Shown piece after piece: positions 57,884-64,000 of a stretch of DNA of 64,000 nt. The notes below the pieces were generated by a model. That model did not search any database, was not told the DNA's origin, and saw only the letters and a program-made list of their open reading frames with translations. Numbering within the stretch: position 1 is the stretch's first letter; the number at the start of each line of letters is the position of its first letter. The DNA comes from Myxococcota bacterium. GTDB lineage: Bacteria > Myxococcota_A > Polyangia > Nannocystales > Nannocystaceae. The stretch covers positions 1 through 64,000 of the forward strand of contig JBCCHT010000052.1 of the NCBI GenBank assembly GCA_039028615.1, written 5' to 3'. A program made the position numbers and the translations under genes.

Positions 57884-58046
57884 CCGGCCCTGATGCCAAG
57901 AACCGGGCGCTAGCCCCGCGTAGGGCCCGGTTTAGGCGCGCAACAAGCTGCACACTACGGTTCACGGCCAATGATCTCGCGACCTGTCACTGCGGCGGGA
58001 CGAGCGTCGCCGCCGAACGAAAACCGGATGCTACTGTTTGGGCAGG

Positions 58047-58973
58047 ATGCAGCTGTCGGGCGCCTTGCGATGGATACCTGTGTTGAGCTTGGTCGTTCTC
58101 CCGGCTTGTCCCGAGGAAGACCCACCCGAGCAGACCACCACTGAGCAGAGCGAGGACTCGACCACGACGTTCTCGCCTGCGACCGGAAGCAACACGCCCA
58201 TGGCGGACACGGTCTCCGAGGAGACCTCGCCGACCCTCGACGAGGAGACGGGCAAGGACCCGATGGGTGGCCAGTGCGACATGTTCGCGCAGGACTGCAA
58301 CGAAGGGGAAAAGTGCGTGCCCTGGTCGGAGAACGCCGACCTCGTGCCCGACGACATTCGTTGCTGCCCCATCTCGCAGCCCGAGGTGCAGGCGGGCGAC
58401 ATCTGTGTGGTCGACGGCTACTTCGGCAGCTGCATGGACAACTGCACCCCCGGCACCATCTGCCTCGACATCGATGGCGACGGTGAGGGCGTGTGCCAGG
58501 AGATGTGCGGGGGCGAGCCCGACAATCCCGAGTGCGAGAACGGCATCGACGACGAGTGCTTCGTCTACTACGGCGGCGTGCCGCTGTGCTTTGCCAAGTG
58601 CGACCCGCTGCTCCAAGACTGTCCCTCGGACAAGGGCTGCTACCCCGACGCCATCGCCGAGGGCGGCACCGGCTTCTTGTGCATGCCGACCGTGGGCGAC
58701 AACCCGCTGGGCGGGTACTGCTGGCTGCTGTCCAACTGCAACCCGGGCATGATCTGCGCCACGCCGGACCTGCTGCCCAACTGCTTCGGCGGCGCGGGTG
58801 ATGCCGGGTGCTGCACGGACCTGTGCGACATCACCGAGAGCCCGGATCCCTGCCAGCAGCTCCACGAGGATATGGAGTGCGTGCCCTGGTACTACCAGGG
58901 CGCCCCGCCGCCCTCGACCGAGCTGCAGAACGTCGGCGCCTGCGTGCTCCCGACCGTGGGCGGCGGCGCCTGA
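58047..58973 (+). CDS. Cys-rich myxobacterial-type lipoprotein
   Basis: LPAC lipobox, CDMFAQDC..GEKC.PW, CDPLLQDC. Confidence 0.7.
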   Translation: MQLSGALRWIPVLSLVVLPACPEEDPPEQTTTEQSEDSTTTFSPATGSNTPMADTVSEETSPTLDEETGKDPMGGQCDMFAQDCNEGEKCVPWSENADLVPDDIRCCPISQPEVQAGDICVVDGYFGSCMDNCTPGTICLDIDGDGEGVCQEMCGGEPDNPECENGIDDECFVYYGGVPLCFAKCDPLLQDCPSDKGCYPDAIAEGGTGFLCMPTVGDNPLGGYCWLLSNCNPGMICATPDLLPNCFGGAGDAGCCTDLCDITESPDPCQQLHEDMECVPWYYQGAPPPSTELQNVGACVLPTVGGGA

Positions 58974-58992
58974 GCCCGAGCCCCACCACGTG

Positions 58993-59790
58993 ATGCCCCA
59001 CGCGCTGGCCCACGCCGACCGCACGCTGGTCCGCGAGATTCGTCGCGGGCTGAAGCAGGCAGCGGTCGCCGCCGATGCAGCGCCGATGCAGCGCTACATG
59101 AAGTCGGCCATGCCCTACCGCGGGGTCAAGAAGCCGGCTCGGGCCGCGGCGACGCGTCCGCTCTTCGCCGAGCACCCGCTGCCGGACTGGCCCGCGCTGC
59201 GGGACACGGTGCTGATGCTGTGGCGAGAGGCGAAGTTCCGCGAGGAACGCTACGCGGCCATCGACCTGTCGCGTCAGCGTCGCTATCGCGACCTCCACCG
59301 CCCCGCCGCGCTGGGCACCTTCGAAGAGCTCGTGGTGACCGGCGCGTGGTGGGACTACGTGGACGAGGTGGCCAAGCACAACGTGGGGACGATCCTGCGC
59401 GCCAGCCCCAAGGGCATGAACCGGACGCTGCGGGCGTGGGCCAAGCACCAAGACCTGTGGAAGCGCCGGACGGCGATCCTCGCTCAGCTGGCGTTCAAGA
59501 AGGACACCGACGAAGCGCTGCTCGCCGATTGCATCGCGCCGAGCCTGGGCGCCGACTACCACCATGCCCACCGCGGTCCCGGCCAGTCCCAGGGGCACCC
59601 GATGATCCAAAAGGACGTCGACTTCTTCATCCGCAAGGCCATCGGCTGGGCGCTGCGCGAGTACGCCAAGTCGAACCCGCGGTGGGTCGTCGACTACGTG
59701 TACGAGCACGCCGAGCAGCTGCCCCGCTTCAGTCAGAAGGAGGCGCTGCGGGTGCTCATCGCCGACGGCTTCGTCGACGGCCTGCCCTAG
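58993..59790 (+). CDS. DNA alkylation repair (AlkD-like) protein
   Basis: MQRYMKS, WWDYVD, LWKRRTA, FFIRKAIGWALREY. Confidence 0.85.
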   Translation: MPHALAHADRTLVREIRRGLKQAAVAADAAPMQRYMKSAMPYRGVKKPARAAATRPLFAEHPLPDWPALRDTVLMLWREAKFREERYAAIDLSRQRRYRDLHRPAALGTFEELVVTGAWWDYVDEVAKHNVGTILRASPKGMNRTLRAWAKHQDLWKRRTAILAQLAFKKDTDEALLADCIAPSLGADYHHAHRGPGQSQGHPMIQKDVDFFIRKAIGWALREYAKSNPRWVVDYVYEHAEQLPRFSQKEALRVLIADGFVDGLP

Positions 59791-59793
59791 CAC

Positions 59794-60876
59794 TCACTGG
59801 GCGGGGCCCTGCTGGGCGGCGCCTTCGAGCGACAACACCTCGACGCGGTCGCCCTCGATGAGCAGCACCTGCACCGCGCCGCCGTAGTGCGCCGCCATGC
59901 CGACGTCGATGCGCCAGACCTTGCCGTCGCACGCAGACGTGATGCCCTTTTCCTGCACGGTGTGGCCGACGACCATGCGCTTGGCCTCGAGGCGTTCCAG
60001 TGCTTCGTCGAGCAGACCGCAGGCCTCGGCGTCGTCGCGCGCGTACATGCGAGTCCACACCATGCCTTCGCGACCGAGCACGTGCGGCTCGAGCTTGCTG
60101 CCGTCGTTGCGCCCGACGAGCCACCCGCGTACCTCGGCGTTGTGGGCTTCGAGCGAGGCGACACCTTCGGGCACATGTTGCGGGAGCACGCCGCCGTGCA
60201 CGAACACGCTGTCGCCCACGACCACCGCCGTGTTCCGATGGGCGATCATGGTGGCGTAGGGGCCTCCCGGCCGGAACGCAGCCATGCGGGCTCGAGCCTC
60301 GGGCGGCAATTTCTGCAGCGTGGCATCGTCGAGATCCAAGCCCTCAATTCCTTCAAAATCGCGGAAGCCACCGGGAGTCACATAGCGGAGATCACCCAGG
60401 GCATTCATCAACTCGTGGTTGCCGAGCAGGGCATGAAAGGCCCCACCCGCCGCCGCGGCCTCCACCCGGAGCCGGTCAAAAAGGTCCAAGATCTCCTGCT
60501 CGTCATCCCCCCGATCGAGTTGATCCCCGGTCTGCACGACAACCAGGGATTCCCCGACCCAGTGGTCTTTGGCATCGATGGCGCCGGTCAACCGCAAGGC
60601 TTGCCGCGTCGCCCGAAGATCGCCGTGGACGTCGCCCAGCGCCATCAATCGCGGCGGAGCGGGGAAACGGGCAGGAAGGCTCGGGACCTCGAGCGCCTCG
60701 GCCTTCGGCACCGCCGGGGCGGTGGGGGCCTCGGCCTTCCGCTGAACGGTTGGGTTGGGTGGGGGCTCACGTTCCGTCGCGGGCGGAGGCTCCATCCGAC
60801 ATGCGCCCGAAATCGCCACTGCCCATACACCTAGTAGGCTCGCCCACACCCAACTCGACTGGACCTGCTGGCTCAC
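59794..60876 (-). CDS. Metallophosphoesterase (Shewanella-like phosphatase), lipoprotein
   Basis: GDVHG, GDQLDRG, GNHE, FVHGG, VVGHT, IDVG. Confidence 0.85.
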   Translation of the reverse strand: MSQQVQSSWVWASLLGVWAVAISGACRMEPPPATEREPPPNPTVQRKAEAPTAPAVPKAEALEVPSLPARFPAPPRLMALGDVHGDLRATRQALRLTGAIDAKDHWVGESLVVVQTGDQLDRGDDEQEILDLFDRLRVEAAAAGGAFHALLGNHELMNALGDLRYVTPGGFRDFEGIEGLDLDDATLQKLPPEARARMAAFRPGGPYATMIAHRNTAVVVGDSVFVHGGVLPQHVPEGVASLEAHNAEVRGWLVGRNDGSKLEPHVLGREGMVWTRMYARDDAEACGLLDEALERLEAKRMVVGHTVQEKGITSACDGKVWRIDVGMAAHYGGAVQVLLIEGDRVEVLSLEGAAQQGPAQ

Positions 60877-60958
60877 GGCGGGGATGGTAGCAAGCCTCTC
60901 GCCGCACGACGGATTCGACCCGGACGGCCGGGAAACACGATACCCTTGCCGCTGGGTG

Positions 60959-62098
60959 ATGGGCACGCCGGCTCAGGATGGGATCGCGGCACGGATTCTG
61001 GTCGTCGACGACGAGGCCGGAGTTCGACGCGTCCTCAAGCGACTTCTCAGTAGCGAGGGCTACGAGGTTCTCGAAGCAGCAAGTGGCCAAGAAGGTCTCG
61101 AGCTTCTTTGGACTCATGGCGCCGACACCGTCTTGCTCGACGTGATGATGCCGCGCATGGATGGCCTCGAGGTCTGTCGTCGCATCCGCAAGAACAGTCG
61201 CACCGCACATACCCCGGTGGTGTTCATCACCGCCGCCGTCGATCGACAGTTCCGCCGTCAGGCTCGCAAGGCCGGCGCCGACGACTTTCTCTCCAAGCCT
61301 TTCGACGAGGTCGAGCTGCTCGCCCGTGTCAACAACACGGTCCGCATGAAGCTCTACTACGACCGCCTCACTCGCGAGCGTAACCGGCTCCGCAACGAGG
61401 TCGACGGTCGGACCCGAGCGCTGGACGAAGCCACCGAGCGCCTCGAGCGGTTGCAGGAAGAGCTTCGCTTCGCTCGCCAAGAAACCATCGGTCGACTCGC
61501 TCGAGCCGCCGAGTTCCGCGACGACGAGACGGCGGCGCATCTGCAGCGGATGAGCCACTACTGCTATCTCATCGGCAAGAAGAAGGATCTCGACGACTAC
61601 ACCTGCGAGATGCTTCGGATCGCCAGCCCGATGCACGACGTCGGGAAGATCGGCATCCCCGATCACATCCTGCTCAAGCCGGGGCGACTGACCGCGGACG
61701 AGTACACGATCATGAAGCAGCACGCGGAGATCGGGTACCAGATCCTCTCCGGGTCCGAGTCGCCGCTGGTCAAGCTCGCCGCCAACATCGCCCACACCCA
61801 CCACGAGAAGTGGGACGGCTCCGGCTATCCGCGCGGGCTCCAGGGCGAGGACATTCCCATCGAAGGGCGCATCGCCGCGGTGGCCGACGTGTTCGACGCG
61901 TTGACCTCCGAGCGACCCTACAAAAAGGCGTGGCCGCTCGAAGACGCGGTGTCCCTGCTGCAGCGGGGCCGTGAGGCGCACTTCGATCCCGAGCTCGTCG
62001 ACCTGTTCTTGGACTCGATGGACGAGGTCCTCGAGATCCGCGACGAGTTCAAGGACACCCACGCGAATACCGAAGAGTCGGCGCGTCGGCAGGCGTGA
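60959..62098 (+). CDS. Response regulator with HD-GYP c-di-GMP phosphodiesterase domain
   Basis: REC domain (VVDD, LLDVMMP, KPF), HDVGK, HHEKWDGSGYP. Confidence 0.9.
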   Translation: MGTPAQDGIAARILVVDDEAGVRRVLKRLLSSEGYEVLEAASGQEGLELLWTHGADTVLLDVMMPRMDGLEVCRRIRKNSRTAHTPVVFITAAVDRQFRRQARKAGADDFLSKPFDEVELLARVNNTVRMKLYYDRLTRERNRLRNEVDGRTRALDEATERLERLQEELRFARQETIGRLARAAEFRDDETAAHLQRMSHYCYLIGKKKDLDDYTCEMLRIASPMHDVGKIGIPDHILLKPGRLTADEYTIMKQHAEIGYQILSGSESPLVKLAANIAHTHHEKWDGSGYPRGLQGEDIPIEGRIAAVADVFDALTSERPYKKAWPLEDAVSLLQRGREAHFDPELVDLFLDSMDEVLEIRDEFKDTHANTEESARRQA

Positions 62099-62973
62099 AC
62101 GCGGTCATCGACATCGGGTCGAACTCGGTCCTGATGCTGGTCGCCGAGCGTGACGAGCATGGCCGCGTGCACGTGGTCGAGGACTATGCCGAGATTTCGC
62201 GGCTGAGCGAAGGCGTGGCGGAGACGGGGCGGCTGAAGCCCGAGGCGATCGAGCGGACGGTGGCCGTGCTCGAGCGCCATCGGCATCGGGCCGAGGCCCA
62301 CGGGGCACGGCTGCAGGCGGTGGCGACCGAAGGCCTGCGCTTGGCGAAGGATCCGCAGGTCTTCCTCGACCGTGCCGAGCAAGCGCTGGGGCAGCCGATC
62401 CGGCTCATCAGCGGCGACGAAGAAGCGACGCTGTCGTATCGCAGCGTGGCCGACGAAGCGCAGGCCGGCACGCTGCGGGTGATCGACATCGGCGGGGCGT
62501 CGACCGAGCTGGTCGCGGGCCACGGGTCGACGATAGAGGGTCGCAAGTCCCATCGCATCGGCTCGGTGCGGCTCACCGAGCGCTTCGTCGACTCCGACCC
62601 GCCCACGGCCGCGGCCCTGCACGCGATCGAGTCGGCGGCACGGCAGGCCTTGGCGACGCAGCCCCTCGATCCTCACCCCGAGCTGCATGGACTGGCCGGC
62701 ACGGTGACGACCGCCGCCGCGCTCATCCTCGATCTGCAGGACTACGATCGCGGGGTCGTGGATGGCAGTCGCTTCTCGATCGAACGAGTCCGAGACCTTC
62801 GCGATCGACTCGCCCGTCAGACCACCGCGCAGCGCATGGCCTCGCCCATGCTCCCGGCCGGTCGCGCCGACGTCATCGTGACCGGGGTGACGATCTTGCT
62901 CGTCGCCATGGAGCACTGCGGCGCGCAGACTCTCGTCGTCCGCGATCGAGGTCTGCGCTACGCCCTGATCTAG
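62095..62973 (+). CDS. Ppx/GppA phosphatase family
   Basis: IDIGSNS, VATEGLR, ISGDEEA, DIGGASTE; GTGA overlap with the upstream gene. Confidence 0.9.
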   Translation: MNAVIDIGSNSVLMLVAERDEHGRVHVVEDYAEISRLSEGVAETGRLKPEAIERTVAVLERHRHRAEAHGARLQAVATEGLRLAKDPQVFLDRAEQALGQPIRLISGDEEATLSYRSVADEAQAGTLRVIDIGGASTELVAGHGSTIEGRKSHRIGSVRLTERFVDSDPPTAAALHAIESAARQALATQPLDPHPELHGLAGTVTTAAALILDLQDYDRGVVDGSRFSIERVRDLRDRLARQTTAQRMASPMLPAGRADVIVTGVTILLVAMEHCGAQTLVVRDRGLRYALI

Positions 62974-63007
62974 TCTCGCGCCTGCTCCGTGCTACGGTTG
63001 ATCCACG

Positions 63008-63889
63008 ATGATGGCGTGGGGTCGCGTAGCGTTGGGTCTGGTGGTGAGCGCCGCGAGTTGGGCCTGCACGAGCGCGACGGGAAACGACACGACCGACGGC
63101 TCGAGCACCGGGTCCGTGTTCGTTCCTACCTCCACCGATGGCTCCGGGTCCGCCCCGAGCGTCGAGACCGACCCCCTCCCGCCGGCCACCACGACGGCCA
63201 GCGACCAGTGCGACGGCACGGGCGGCGAGTGGAGCAGCGGCGAAGACGGTGACGCCAGCGGCGATCCGCCCATCGGCATGGACGACGACATGCCGCTGGC
63301 TGCGCTCGTCGCCGAGATCCAGCAGGACATGGTCCCGCGCAGCACCTTCGTGCTCATCGAGAACGTCGTGGTGACCACCCGATCGGTGCCCACCGAGGCG
63401 GAAGAGGGCTTCGAGTTCTTCATCCAAGACCCGGCGGGCGGCCCTTGGTCGGGCCTACGCATTCGCATGCCGAGCGACGTGGCGCTGCCCGAGGTCGGCC
63501 GCGCCGTCGATGTCGTCGGGCACCTCATCGGCCGCCGCGGCTTCTACCTCATCGATACCTCGGGCACGAACGCCGAGGTGACCGACCTCGGCCCCGGGGT
63601 GATGCCCGAGCCCGCCCTGGTCGACGTGGCCGACCTGGCGCTCGACGACGAGCAAGGTCGCGCGTACGAGGGCGTGCACATCCGAGTCGAGCAGGTCGTG
63701 GTCACCGATGAAGACCCCTGCGATGGCGAGTTCGAGATCGAAGACACCGCGCGGGTCGACGACCGCTTCGCGCCGGGGCAGATCGAGGCTCCGCCCGAAG
63801 GCAGCATGCTCGCCGCGGTCGAAGGCGTGCTCGTGTTCGCCGAGGATGCCCTCGAGATCGCGCCCGGGAGCCCCGAAGACGTGGGCTAG
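63008..63889 (+). CDS. Hypothetical lipoprotein with OB-fold-like C-terminal region
   Basis: SWAC lipobox, S/T/D/G linker, FFIQDP..GPWSG, YEGVHIRV. Confidence 0.6.
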   Translation: MMAWGRVALGLVVSAASWACTSATGNDTTDGSSTGSVFVPTSTDGSGSAPSVETDPLPPATTTASDQCDGTGGEWSSGEDGDASGDPPIGMDDDMPLAALVAEIQQDMVPRSTFVLIENVVVTTRSVPTEAEEGFEFFIQDPAGGPWSGLRIRMPSDVALPEVGRAVDVVGHLIGRRGFYLIDTSGTNAEVTDLGPGVMPEPALVDVADLALDDEQGRAYEGVHIRVEQVVVTDEDPCDGEFEIEDTARVDDRFAPGQIEAPPEGSMLAAVEGVLVFAEDALEIAPGSPEDVG

Positions 63890-64000
63890 GGGGTCGCGGG
63901 CTCGCGCGGCTGCGGGGCGGGCAGAGTCGCGAGGAACGCGTCGACGCTGGCCAGCTCGCCCGGGTCGTCCAGCCACGCGCGCCGGGCCAGCTCGGCCAAC
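63886..64000 (-). CDS. 3' end of a CDS entering from beyond the window
   Basis: Open frame LAELARRAWLDDPGE...PATP* ends at a TAG overlapping the convergent stop. Confidence 0.4.
   Translation of the reverse strand, partial: LAELARRAWLDDPGELASVDAFLATLPAPQPREPATP

Overview
High-GC, densely coding bacterial DNA. The many Cys-rich/Ser-Thr-Asp-Gly-linker lipoproteins, Hanks kinase-TPR proteins, AgmX/PglI-like C-termini and sterol genes suggest a myxobacterium (Nannocystaceae-like); this is an inference. About 50 CDSs are supportable, and I found no rRNA, tRNA, CRISPR array or transposase. Highlights: (1) a divergent CYP51-like P450 / ERG24-ERG4-family sterol reductase pair; (2) a coupled operon with two tandem di-haem oxidoreductase (DHOR) paralogs flanked by lipoproteins; (3) two cytochrome-c-like domains with a contracted CxCH motif; (4) a four-gene TPAT (TatT-DctP-DctQ-DctM) transporter; (5) a tyrosinase-vWA fusion; (6) a lipoprotein GH45 endoglucanase; (7) a 625-bp element with 107-bp inverted repeats at the window start; (8) a TAnnnT hexamer 5-10 nt before many start codons, suggesting widespread leaderless or short-leader transcription. 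All product calls come from motifs recognised by eye, with no database search, and several start codons were re-chosen from the ORF track.
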